Below are positions 1 through 10,865 of a stretch of DNA of 64,000 bases, piece by piece. The position numbers and the translations under genes were made by a program. The stretch is from Candidatus Onthoplasma sp. (lineage in GTDB: Bacteria; Bacillota; Clostridia; Christensenellales; UBA1242), in the NCBI GenBank assembly GCA_045578345.1, contig JAZNKB010000008.1, forward strand, positions 31,839-95,838, written 5' to 3'. Within the stretch, counting starts at the first letter, position 1; every line of letters starts with the position of its first letter. A model generated the notes under the pieces. That model saw nothing but the letters and a program-made list of their open reading frames with translations. It had not been told where the DNA came from and searched no databases.

Positions 1-1
1 A

Positions 2-1366
2 TTTTGCATTATTTTATTTATTTTTGAATTAATTTTTAAAAATATTTTGTTTTATATTGTAACAAACACTATTATTTATATTTTAAATTTATTCTATTTA
101 AAAAATTTAATTAAAACTTCAAAAACACCATTGAAATTCACACGAAAGTTGTCGAGATTATATATAATTTCAATTTTTATTTTGTTGTTATTATGCTTAT
201 ATAAATATTCGTTCTTACTTGTCGCCGCCTTAACATTTATCTCTCCACCACTTGCAAATTTTATCAACATATACGACAGAATAAAAAATCAAAACTATAT
301 TCACACTGCGAGAAAAAAGTTAAAAAATCATCCAACTCAAATTATTGCAATCACAGGAAGCAACGGCAAAACAAGTGTTAAAAATATTTTGGCAAAAATG
401 TTATCGACACAACACAAAGTTCAGTTCACTCCAGCTAGTTACAACACTCCACTTGGCATTGCAAAATTCATTAACAACGAGTTAAAGTTTGAAACTGAAT
501 TTTTAATTTTAGAGTTCGGCGCAAGACGCAAAAACGATATTAGAAGGTTGTGTAATTTATTTGGTGCAGACTATGGAATTATTACTACCATAACAAGCCA
601 ACATTTGGAATGTTTTAAGTCAGTTGAAAATGTGTTCAAAACAAAAAGCGAACTTTCAATTTTTCTTCAAAATAAACCTTGTGTTTTTAACATTGATAAT
701 CTTTACACAACACGAATGTTTGATGAAAAAATTTGCAACAAAGTTTCCGTTTCAACAAACCAAACTGCAGACATTTTTGCAAGCAATATAAGAATTGAAA
801 ATTTCAAAACAAACTTTGATTTACACATCAACAACCAAACATTTTCTTTAGAAACAAACTTACTTGGCAAACATAACGTTTTAAACATTTGTCTTGCCAC
901 TGCTCTAGCAAATCATCTTGAAATTTCAAACAAAAACATCATTTCTGCAATTCAAAATCTTGAACAAGTTCCTCACAGGTTGTCACTCACTCAAACGCAC
1001 ATTAATATTTTAGATGATAGTTACAATTGTTCTCCCGCAAGCGCAAAAGAATCATTATGGGTTTTAAAAAACTTTCCAGGAAACAAAATGATTGCAACTC
1101 CTGGCATTATTGAATGCGGAAAAGAAAAATACAACATCAACTTCAACCTCGGAAAGCAACTTGCTCACTTTGACCATTTAATCATTATTGGGAATGAAAA
1201 TAAGCAGGCAATTTTAAATGGACTAAAAAAAGAGATTGAAGAAAACACTCTTCAACCTCAAATCTATTTTTCACCATCATTAGAAGAATCAAAACAACAT
1301 TTTTCAAAACTTAATCATGGTGACACACTACTTCTTTTAAATGATCTACCTGATGATTATAATTAA
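2..1366 (+). CDS. murF: Mur ligase family protein, MurF-like (UDP-MurNAc-tripeptide--D-Ala-D-Ala ligase type); 5' end open at window edge, hydrophobic N-terminal region
   Basis: Has the ATP-binding motif ITGSNGKTS and a C-terminal DDSYNCSPAS motif (MurF-type DxYNANP). The frame has no stop back to nt 2. The first ~75 aa look like TM helices. Confidence 0.7.
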   Translation, partial: FCIILFIFELIFKNILFYIVTNTIIYILNLFYLKNLIKTSKTPLKFTRKLSRLYIISIFILLLLCLYKYSFLLVAALTFISPPLANFINIYDRIKNQNYIHTARKKLKNHPTQIIAITGSNGKTSVKNILAKMLSTQHKVQFTPASYNTPLGIAKFINNELKFETEFLILEFGARRKNDIRRLCNLFGADYGIITTITSQHLECFKSVENVFKTKSELSIFLQNKPCVFNIDNLYTTRMFDEKICNKVSVSTNQTADIFASNIRIENFKTNFDLHINNQTFSLETNLLGKHNVLNICLATALANHLEISNKNIISAIQNLEQVPHRLSLTQTHINILDDSYNCSPASAKESLWVLKNFPGNKMIATPGIIECGKEKYNINFNLGKQLAHFDHLIIIGNENKQAILNGLKKEIEENTLQPQIYFSPSLEESKQHFSKLNHGDTLLLLNDLPDDYN

Positions 1367-1368
1367 GC

Positions 1369-1749
1369 TTATTTAGACAACATATCATCAATTAATGAGT
1401 TTTTAAATTTGTCCAACAATTCGTTATTCGATCTTTCTTCAAGAACAAAATTTAATAAAAACCTTTTAGTTTCTCTATTTACGCAAACAAATTTCCATTT
1501 ATTAAACCAAATTGGATCAATTTCTTCAGACTCAAGTGAGAAGCTTGGCCAAATTTTAAAATCTTCATTAATTAAATCCACCAATAAATCCCTAGATTCA
1601 CCATCTAACTTTAACAACAACAAATGTATCGCCTTAGCAATCGCCTTATCATTACAGCTAAAAACCTCAAGAAGTTCATTCCACTCTAACTTTTCGTTAT
1701 TGTTTAACTTTTTAATAATCACATCTCTTGAAAGTCCAAATCCTTGCAT
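1369..1749 (-). CDS. hypothetical protein (126 aa)
   Basis: Intact ORF with an AAGGAG RBS 6-7 nt upstream of the ATG. No recognisable motif. Confidence 0.55.
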   Translation of the reverse strand: MQGFGLSRDVIIKKLNNNEKLEWNELLEVFSCNDKAIAKAIHLLLLKLDGESRDLLVDLINEDFKIWPSFSLESEEIDPIWFNKWKFVCVNRETKRFLLNFVLEERSNNELLDKFKNSLIDDMLSK

Positions 1750-1830
1750 AAATTCTCCTTGTTTGTTTTATATTAACACACATTATAACATTTTGCAATA
1801 CCAAATTAAATAATACAACCAAAAACAATT

Positions 1831-1866
1831 AAAAAAAGAGTTGTTTAAACTCTTTTCATTTTTTCA
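1831..1866. terminator. rho-independent terminator (bidirectional) after tsaB-rimI
   Basis: Stem agagtt/aactct extended by A-T pairs, flanked by an A-run and a T-run. Confidence 0.55.
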
Positions 1867-1919
1867 ACCTATTTATTTTTTGATTTTAACTAATTGGTTG
1901 AGCGACTTAGCGCAGGCGT

Positions 1920-2969
1920 TTAGCGAACACCAACCGTTAAAATCATCTCAATTGCGTCATCACCATTTTTATAGTAGCTTTTGCGTGTTCTACGTTCAAC
2001 AAAGCCAAGTTTTTTATATAATAAATATGCTGTGATATTTTTATATGCCACTTCCAAACTTAAAATTTCAATATTACTTTCTTTTGCGAAATCTTCAGCT
2101 TTTTGAATCAATTTTGTTGCAATTCCCAAATTTCTAAATTCTTTTTTAACCGCAATGCTATCAACGTTAAGTTCATCACTCATATTTAGCATAATAAAAC
2201 CAACAATTTCATTATCAACAACAGCTTTAAAAACGGCATAATTTTCATTGTTTAAAGCGTTTCCAATTTGATTTTCACTCATTGTGTTAACCAAAATATT
2301 TTCCTTTTCAAGTTCAGCAATTTGAGTTAAATCTTGTTCAGTCGCCAATTCAATTTTAATCTCACTTCTCTTGAGTTTTTCATTTTCTGCTTGCGACAAT
2401 TGATAATACACAGGAACAAGCGAATTGTCTTTACTATCAGATAAACATTTTATCAACGTTTCCTTATCCTGTTTAACAACATAACAATCTAAATTATCAT
2501 CTTGCTCAAACATACCAATCGGTTTATTTTCAGCAATAGCTTTAAGTTCTTCAAGTGTTAAATTTCTTTCATATTTATAAACAACACCATGAATCAGCTT
2601 TGCAACAAAATAACTATCACGACTACCCTTTATCGCAACCGTTTCAATTATGTTGTTTATGTTTGATAATGCATACAAATAATCTAAACTGTTAATTCCT
2701 TTAGCTTTTGCATTTGTTGCATCACGAAAAGCTTTAATTGTTGCAATTCCAACCCTTATACCGGTGAAGGATCCTGGCCCGATAAGCACCCCAAACTCAT
2801 CAATTTCACCAATTTCAACATTATGTTTTTTTAACATTTCATCTATAATTGGCAGCATTGTTTCGTTATGGTGCATTTTCGAGTTTAAAGATTCAGAAAA
2901 AATTTCATTGTCCTTTTTTAGAACAATGAAAAGTTCGTCTGTTGCTGTATTTATAACCAATTTTTTCAT
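1920..2969 (-). CDS. tsaB: bifunctional TsaB (t6A biosynthesis) / RimI-type GNAT acetyltransferase fusion
   Basis: N-terminal half has the TsaB-like GPGSFTGIRVGIATIKA motif. C-terminal ~145 aa has a GNAT core (VKKEFRNLGIATKLI). Overlaps the tsaE stop by 4 nt. Confidence 0.85.
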   Translation of the reverse strand: MKKLVINTATDELFIVLKKDNEIFSESLNSKMHHNETMLPIIDEMLKKHNVEIGEIDEFGVLIGPGSFTGIRVGIATIKAFRDATNAKAKGINSLDYLYALSNINNIIETVAIKGSRDSYFVAKLIHGVVYKYERNLTLEELKAIAENKPIGMFEQDDNLDCYVVKQDKETLIKCLSDSKDNSLVPVYYQLSQAENEKLKRSEIKIELATEQDLTQIAELEKENILVNTMSENQIGNALNNENYAVFKAVVDNEIVGFIMLNMSDELNVDSIAVKKEFRNLGIATKLIQKAEDFAKESNIEILSLEVAYKNITAYLLYKKLGFVERRTRKSYYKNGDDAIEMILTVGVR

Positions 2970-3376
2970 TTTATAATTTCAAATTCCCTTTCATTTTCGT
3001 TTAAGTATTTTATGTTTATTTTGATTGAATCTTGCGGGATTAAAGGAGCAATATTTTCACTCCATTCAACAAAAATTATACTATCTTTTTCTTCAAAAAC
3101 CTCGTCAAAACCCGCTTCAATCGCTTCTTCAACAGTTATTCGATAAGTATCAAAATGATGAAGTTTAAATTTACCTTGATATGATTTCAAAATCGCAAAT
3201 GTAGGACTGCTAACCACATCTTCAACACCAAGCGCCTTAAAAACAAATTGGGTGAAAGTTGTTTTTCCAGCTCCCAAATCACCATTCAATAAAACAACTT
3301 CGCCACCGATTAACTCGGCAGCAAAGTTATTCGCTAGTTTCATAGTTTCTTCAAGTCCTTTGACTACTGTTTTCAT
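2966..3376 (-). CDS. tsaE: tRNA t6A biosynthesis ATPase TsaE
   Basis: P-loop GDLGAGKTTF, size 136 aa, and position upstream of tsaB. Confidence 0.9.
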   Translation of the reverse strand: MKTVVKGLEETMKLANNFAAELIGGEVVLLNGDLGAGKTTFTQFVFKALGVEDVVSSPTFAILKSYQGKFKLHHFDTYRITVEEAIEAGFDEVFEEKDSIIFVEWSENIAPLIPQDSIKINIKYLNENEREFEIIK

Positions 3377-4641
3377 TAATTAATAACCTTTTTTATCACC
3401 TTAATAGGAAGAATTTTTTCGCTTGTTATTCTAACACACCCAGCAATTGCATTTTTATATCTTTCAAAATCTTCTTCATCTTTATAATAGAATGACACAA
3501 TAACATCACCCTTTTTAACCATTTGACCAATTTTAACACGCAAAATCGCACCAATATTGTCATCATGAGTTTCAGCACATAAACGTCTTATAAGTTCACC
3601 TAAAAGTAAAGAATTAATACTTCCCACATAGCCATCCCTATCAGCAACAAAGTTCACAGATTTATAAGGCAAGAAAAGTTTTGATTCTTTAACAACTTGA
3701 ACATCTCCACCTTGCCACTTAACGATTTGCAATAACCTATTATATGCGGATCCATTATCAAGAGCCATTTTAACCATATCTTCAACATCTTTTCTTTTAA
3801 GTTTCTTATCCGCCGCCATTATCATTAATGTCGCATATTCAACACACACATCTCTTAAAACGCATTGGCGACCTTGCAAAACTTGCAAAGCATCAACAAC
3901 TTCAACAGCATTTCCAATTCCATCACCAATAGTTTGAAGAGTGTTTGTTAAAACAATAATACTTTTAACATTTGATTGATCGAACACATATCTAAGTATG
4001 CTAGCAAGTTCTTTTGCTGATTCATAATCTCTAACAATTGAAGCATGTCCATATTTGATATCAACCAAAACAACCTTGGCTCCACTTGCCAATTTCTTTC
4101 CCGCAATTGATGCTGCAAGCAAATTAATATCATTTTCAATTCCTGCAACTTCTCGTACATCATACAAAAGTTTATCAGCAGGACAAACAATTTCATCATG
4201 AGAAAGAACACAAGCATTCGTTCTATCCAATGCTGTAACAATTGCTTCATTAGTTAATGTTACCTTAAAACTTGGAATTGCACCGAATCTGTCAGCACTT
4301 CCGTTTGTGAATAAAAATGACTTTGCTGTTGATTTGATTATTTTATATCCCAAACTGGCAATAAGCGGAACCAAAACAACACTTGAAGGATCTCCAACGC
4401 CACCTGTTGAATGTTTTTCAAAAACACATTCAGCAAAGTTGAAAACTTTCCCGCTATCACGCAAAGCTCTTGAAAAATATAAAACTTCCTTTTTGGTCAT
4501 TCCAAAGGAATTTAAACTCAAAAAGAATTTGACAGCATCTTTACTTACGCCACCTTGAACAAATTTGTCGACTATTTCATAATATTCCGTTTGTGTCAAC
4601 TCTTGTCCGTTATACTTTTTTTCAATAAAATTACTAAACAT
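3376..4641 (-). CDS. pdp: pyrimidine-nucleoside (thymidine) phosphorylase family protein, divergent
   Basis: KHSTGGVGD phosphate-binding motif and 421 aa with family-wide collinearity. The Gly-rich SGRGLGHTGGT loop is diverged to TAKSFLFTNGS. Its stop overlaps the tsaE start (TAATG). Confidence 0.75.
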   Translation of the reverse strand: MFSNFIEKKYNGQELTQTEYYEIVDKFVQGGVSKDAVKFFLSLNSFGMTKKEVLYFSRALRDSGKVFNFAECVFEKHSTGGVGDPSSVVLVPLIASLGYKIIKSTAKSFLFTNGSADRFGAIPSFKVTLTNEAIVTALDRTNACVLSHDEIVCPADKLLYDVREVAGIENDINLLAASIAGKKLASGAKVVLVDIKYGHASIVRDYESAKELASILRYVFDQSNVKSIIVLTNTLQTIGDGIGNAVEVVDALQVLQGRQCVLRDVCVEYATLMIMAADKKLKRKDVEDMVKMALDNGSAYNRLLQIVKWQGGDVQVVKESKLFLPYKSVNFVADRDGYVGSINSLLLGELIRRLCAETHDDNIGAILRVKIGQMVKKGDVIVSFYYKDEEDFERYKNAIAGCVRITSEKILPIKVIKKVIN

Positions 4642-4748
4642 ACCCCACCTACTACTATAATTTTATAAATTATTTGTTTTTTTGTCAAACAACTTATGCA
4701 ATTTTTACAAATAAGTTTAAAACATTTTTTTATGGCGAAAATATTATC

Positions 4749-5534
4749 ATGTCAAAATTTAAAATAATTAACCTCATCGATAAAGTTTTCATCACCTGTG
4801 CAATCTTTTTAATCATATATGCATGGATTAATTTTTTTATAAGAGATTTATGGACAACATTTTTCTTAAGTTTAATTTTTTCTTTTGCTTGCGTGTTTCT
4901 GCTTTTTTATTTTTTCAACAAACGCAATGAAAAAAAATTTATAAGTAAACAAAATTTAAAAGATATGGAAGAAAAATTTTTAGCATTTAGATTATCTCCA
5001 AAATCCGATAAATTAAAGTTATTAAAATCCATAATCGAAAACAAATATGAATGCAAAAAGATTAAAGATTGTTTAGTCTATTTTAAAGATGAAAAAATTC
5101 ATCAAATTACACTCGCAACCGACACTCAAAAATTAAGCCAATTCGAACTTGAAAATTTGATTCAAAATTCAGAAAAAAACGTGTCGGTTTTACAAATCGT
5201 TTGTTGCGAAGTGGATGCAAATTTAAATACAAAAATTTTGAAAAATTTGGATGTTGAAATCATAACAAAAAAAGAACTTTATGAAAATTATTTTACGTTA
5301 TTTAACACCTTTCCAGATTGTTCAAATTTAAACACAAAAACTGATCGAAAAAAGTTTAAAGAAATCGCAAAAAATTTCTTTATTCAAAACAAAGCAAAAT
5401 CGTATTTTTTGTGTGGACTAATTTTAATTTTTTCTTCAATAATTTTACCTTATCACACATACTATTTAATTTTTGGAACTGTGTTTTTAATTTTCAGCAT
5501 AATATGCAAACTGCAACCATTTTTTAACCGTTAA
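4749..5534 (+). CDS. hypothetical membrane protein
   Basis: TM segments at both the N- and C-termini. Start placed at the internal ATG (MSKFKII); the ORF is open from 4674. Confidence 0.5.
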   Translation: MSKFKIINLIDKVFITCAIFLIIYAWINFFIRDLWTTFFLSLIFSFACVFLLFYFFNKRNEKKFISKQNLKDMEEKFLAFRLSPKSDKLKLLKSIIENKYECKKIKDCLVYFKDEKIHQITLATDTQKLSQFELENLIQNSEKNVSVLQIVCCEVDANLNTKILKNLDVEIITKKELYENYFTLFNTFPDCSNLNTKTDRKKFKEIAKNFFIQNKAKSYFLCGLILIFSSIILPYHTYYLIFGTVFLIFSIICKLQPFFNR

Positions 5535-6663
5535 CAATTTGATTAAGTGCATAAATCAAATACTCAATTTCTTCAATCGAATTATAAAAATCAAGACTAA
5601 CTCTCACCGCACCCGAATCTAGCGATTTGTTTCTTTTGTGAATTAGCGGTGCACAATGAAGACCAGCACGAACACATATGTTAAATTTCTCATTTAATAT
5701 GTTTGCAACCATTCCGCTATCAACATTTTTCACATTAAACGAGAAAACATTTAAACTTGATTTTTTTGAAAAAACTTCAAGATTTTTAATATTTTTCAGG
5801 TTTTTATATAAAAAATCACGCAATTTACATTCTTTTTCTAATATTTTTGAAAAATTTTCTTTTAAGAATTTAACTCCCTCATTAAGTGACAAAATTGAAA
5901 TTGTTGAAATTGTTCCCGCCTCAAACCCTTCAATTGTGTCAGTTGGTTGAACTAAATTTTCACTGTCAGTTCCCGTTCCACCTAAAATTATTGGAGTTAA
6001 ATTTTCAAGATTTTTTACAAACAATCCACCAACACCTGTTAACGACAACAAACCCTTATGACCTGCGTAAGCAAACATATCACAACCCAAATCTTCCAAA
6101 TTTATTTTCATATGACCACTTGCTTGGGCTCCGTCAATAAGATGAATAATGTTATGCTTTTTGCAAATTTGATTAACAGATTTAACATCACAAATGTCGC
6201 CAGTAACATTACTCACAAATGTTGTGATAACAAGCTTTGTGTTTGGCTGAATTTTTTGTTCAAAACTTTCGTGAAATTTTTCCAAATCAGAATCCAAAAT
6301 TGTCACTTCAACACCAAGTTTTTTTAGGTGTTCAAGCGGACGCAAAACAGAGTTATGTTCATAACAAGTTGTGATGACATGGTCACCCTTTTTTAGTGTT
6401 CCAAAAATTGCCAAGTTTAGCGCTTCCGTACAATTTTTTGTAAAGATCAAGTCATAGCTTTTTGCACCGAAAAATTCTTTTAAATTTTCCCTCGTCTCCA
6501 CAATAATTTCAGCAACGTTTTGAGACAACTTATGACCACTTCGTCCAGGATTTGCTGTAAGATTTTCAACAGCATATAAAACCGCATTTTTCACTTCCTT
6601 TGGTTTGTGAAAACTTGTTGCTGCGTTATCAAAATAAACAAACTTTTTATTCTTATAATCCAT
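5524..6663 (-). CDS. class V aminotransferase / cysteine desulfurase-like PLP enzyme
   Basis: YFDNAATS near the N-terminus and the PLP-lysine motif AGHKGL. Start uncertain: the ORF is open to a GTG at 6708. Confidence 0.8.
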   Translation of the reverse strand: MDYKNKKFVYFDNAATSFHKPKEVKNAVLYAVENLTANPGRSGHKLSQNVAEIIVETRENLKEFFGAKSYDLIFTKNCTEALNLAIFGTLKKGDHVITTCYEHNSVLRPLEHLKKLGVEVTILDSDLEKFHESFEQKIQPNTKLVITTFVSNVTGDICDVKSVNQICKKHNIIHLIDGAQASGHMKINLEDLGCDMFAYAGHKGLLSLTGVGGLFVKNLENLTPIILGGTGTDSENLVQPTDTIEGFEAGTISTISILSLNEGVKFLKENFSKILEKECKLRDFLYKNLKNIKNLEVFSKKSSLNVFSFNVKNVDSGMVANILNEKFNICVRAGLHCAPLIHKRNKSLDSGAVRVSLDFYNSIEEIEYLIYALNQIVNG

Positions 6664-6752
6664 ACAACACAATATGAAAATTTTCAATATTCTGTTATCA
6701 TATTCCACACTAAATATTTTTGTTTTGAATATTGTGAAATAAGGAGACTAGT

Positions 6753-7013
6753 ATGAAATATCTTATATTATCCTTTAAATCCCGAAACGAGCTTTACTCT
6801 TTTGCAAGAGTTCTTAAATCCAATCAAATATTTTTTTCAATTATCAACTCTCCAAAGAATATTGGATCTAACTGTATGCTTTCAATCAAAACTGATTGCA
6901 AAAATCTTAGCAACATTTCTTTAAAGTTAAGACAATTTCAACTAAAATCTTTTTTAGGGTTATATTCAGTTCAAACAACACAAAACGGAGAACAAATTAT
7001 CAAGCTAATGTAA
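6753..7013 (+). CDS. small DUF3343-like putative S/Se carrier protein
   Basis: 86 aa with a strong AAGGAG RBS and a conserved-looking Cys (GSNCMLSI). Divergent from the cysteine desulfurase gene. Confidence 0.45.
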   Translation: MKYLILSFKSRNELYSFARVLKSNQIFFSIINSPKNIGSNCMLSIKTDCKNLSNISLKLRQFQLKSFLGLYSVQTTQNGEQIIKLM

Positions 7014-7045
7014 AAAAACGGACTTAATAAATCCGTTTTTTGTTT
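7014..7045 (+). terminator. rho-independent terminator
   Basis: Stem aacgga/tccgtt followed by a T-run. Confidence 0.7.
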
Positions 7046-7086
7046 TATGTATTGACTATTTTGTTGTTTTTTGGTATTATGTTTTT

Positions 7087-7713
7087 GTGAAAAAAGTTGA
7101 TGAAATTTGTGTTTATTTTGATGAGTTATTTCCCAAGCCAAAGTGTGCACTCAATTTTTCAAATAATTACGAGTTACTTATTGCTGTGGTTCTATCCGCT
7201 CAATGCACAGATGAACGTGTAAATAAGGTGACACCTGAATTATTTAAACTTGCTTCCACACCCGAAAAAATGATTGCTTTGGGAGAAAGCAGAATCAAGC
7301 AAATTATCTATCCATGTGGGTTTTATAACAACAAAACAAAATCAATTTTAAGTTTATCGAAAGACTTAATTATCAAGTTTAACGGACAAGTTCCATCAAC
7401 CATAGATGAACTAACCACTCTCACTGGTGTTGGAAGAAAAACTGCAAATGTGGTTATAGGAGTTGCATTCGGCGGACAAACTATTGCTGTGGACACTCAT
7501 GTTCATAGAGTTAGCAAAAGACTAGGACTCACAAAGGAAAATTCAACTCCAGAAAAATGTGAGCAAGATTTGTTGAAAGTTATCCCTTACGAGCGAAGAA
7601 CAAAATTTCATCATCAAGCAATTTGGTTTGGGCGCCTTAAATGCAAAGCACAAAAACCATTATGCTCTACTTGTAAATTGAAAGACATTTGTAAATATTA
7701 TAAAAGGAAATAA
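7087..7713 (+). CDS. nth: endonuclease III
   Basis: HhH motif LTGVGRKTANVV and a C-terminal 4Fe-4S Cys cluster CKAQKPLCSTCKLKDIC. GTG start. Confidence 0.92.
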   Translation: MKKVDEICVYFDELFPKPKCALNFSNNYELLIAVVLSAQCTDERVNKVTPELFKLASTPEKMIALGESRIKQIIYPCGFYNNKTKSILSLSKDLIIKFNGQVPSTIDELTTLTGVGRKTANVVIGVAFGGQTIAVDTHVHRVSKRLGLTKENSTPEKCEQDLLKVIPYERRTKFHHQAIWFGRLKCKAQKPLCSTCKLKDICKYYKRK

Positions 7714-7714
7714 A

Positions 7715-9356
<1,642 letters not shown>

Positions 9357-9385
9357 ATAATTATTAAATTTTATAGGAGTCTCAA

Positions 9386-9898
9386 ATGAAATTGTTGAAG
9401 ATCTCAACCAATTCACATTATCTTAATAAAATTGAAGAAATTTACAATTATTCATTTCCTGAAAATGAAAGAATAAATTTTGAAGATATGGTCAACTGTA
9501 AGTTTTCCAACAGCAAATTATATGCAATTTTGAAAAGTAACCGCTTAATTGGTTTCACATATATTACCCTATGTAACAATTTTGCTTATATCGTTTATTT
9601 TGCAATAGATAAATCACAAAGGAATAAAGGATTAGGAACTTTATCCATTAATAAAATATGCAATTTTTACAAAAACAAAACAAAAGTTTTATGTGTAGAA
9701 AAACCCACAACTGAAGACCCAACAAAACTAAGAAGAATTAAATTTTATGAAAGGAATGGTTTCCTTTTAGCAAATTTTCAATTTAATTATTTAGAACAAG
9801 ATTATTTTACAATGTACAAAGGTCCATTAAACAAACAAGAATTTATAGAATGTTTAAATGCTTGTTTTCCTGGATGTAAAGATTTTAAAAATATATAA
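9386..9898 (+). CDS. GNAT family N-acetyltransferase
   Basis: Motif A-like QRNKGLGTLSI; 170 aa. Confidence 0.7.
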   Translation: MKLLKISTNSHYLNKIEEIYNYSFPENERINFEDMVNCKFSNSKLYAILKSNRLIGFTYITLCNNFAYIVYFAIDKSQRNKGLGTLSINKICNFYKNKTKVLCVEKPTTEDPTKLRRIKFYERNGFLLANFQFNYLEQDYFTMYKGPLNKQEFIECLNACFPGCKDFKNI

Positions 9899-9907
9899 GG
9901 AGAAATT

Positions 9908-10201
9908 ATGATAGACAAAAAAACAAGAATCAAATTGAGAAGTCTTGCAATGACAATCAAACCAACTCTTTGGGTTGGCAAAGACGGATTTAGTGTTAAT
10001 GTTTTAAAACAAATCGAAGAAGAACTTTTCAACCATGAACTTATCAAAATCGCTGTTCAAGACAATGTTGAACTTCCAAGCGAGTTTGAACTTACAGAAA
10101 TTGCAGTTAAACTTGGTGCTGACGTTGTAACAGTCATTGGAAGAAAAATTGTTCTCTACAAACACAGCGAGAAAAAGAACATTAAACATGTTTTAACTTA
10201 A
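9908..10201 (+). CDS. yhbY: YhbY-type (CRM domain) RNA-binding protein
   Basis: KLRSLAMTIKPTLWVGKDG...HELIKI pattern; 97 aa. Confidence 0.85.
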   Translation: MIDKKTRIKLRSLAMTIKPTLWVGKDGFSVNVLKQIEEELFNHELIKIAVQDNVELPSEFELTEIAVKLGADVVTVIGRKIVLYKHSEKKNIKHVLT

Positions 10202-10293
10202 GTAGATGTGTTTACAAGCAATTTTATTAATTTATTTTTAAAATTGATTATAATCACAGCGAGAAAAAGAACATTAAACACGTTTTAGCTTAA
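10163..10293 (+). repeat. 39-bp direct repeat duplicating the yhbY 3' end (copies 10163-10201 and 10255-10293)
   Basis: 37/39 identical by hand count. The second copy keeps the frame and the TAA stop. Confidence 0.9.
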
Positions 10294-10329
10294 CAGCTTC
10301 ACAAACTTAAAAAATGAGGATTTAAAAAA

Positions 10330-10686
10330 ATGAATACTGAATTATACGAACAAGATTATCTTGATATGATAACTAATTTCATCAACAATTCAATTGGAGT
10401 TTTTTGGCGTAAATGTTACACCGTTCAAGACATTGTAAATCATTGTGTTTCAAGTGTTGATAATATCGACAGTGTTGATTTTAATGCAATTCGTAAATTA
10501 GCCAAACTAACAGTAGAAGCATTGCTTGATTCTGGTCACATTATCGAATATGAACAAGGTTTATATAGAACAAAAAAATATATCAGTCCAGAGCAATCTC
10601 TCATTCTTGAACCAAAAATTCCAACATCTAAAAAAGCAACAAAAGAAATCGCCAAAGCTTTCGACGACATCGCAAAAGATTTATAA
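10330..10686 (+). CDS. small hypothetical protein, paralog of the 43846-44211 product
   Basis: Collinear similarity to that product: QDYLDMITNFI vs QDYCNMVVDYI, YTVQDIVNHC vs FTVKAITKYC, and a shared GLY motif. Confidence 0.6.
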   Translation: MNTELYEQDYLDMITNFINNSIGVFWRKCYTVQDIVNHCVSSVDNIDSVDFNAIRKLAKLTVEALLDSGHIIEYEQGLYRTKKYISPEQSLILEPKIPTSKKATKEIAKAFDDIAKDL

Positions 10687-10865
10687 AAAATATTTTAATG
10701 AGTGCGTTGTTAGATTTGATAAGCGCAACAAACTTTTAGTTAAACAATGTGAAAAATATAATCATAGACTAATTGATACTTCATATGGCGAAAACAGAAA
10801 TTTAATTTTAAAAGAACTTTTAAATGAAATTTTAAAAAAAGAATATGAATTAACACAAAAAAATT

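Noticed and set aside
3376-4641. Initial impression that the Pdp homolog had lost its phosphate-binding TGGT loop.
   Set aside because: A residue-by-residue hand alignment shows conservative replacements at the key positions (Ser to Thr, Thr to Ser). Loss of function is therefore not supported; I only call it divergent.
10202-10254. Promoter-like TTTACA ... TATAAT in the 53-bp insert between the yhbY 3' duplicates.
   Set aside because: The spacing between the hexamers is 32 nt, so they do not form a functional sigmaA promoter as a pair.
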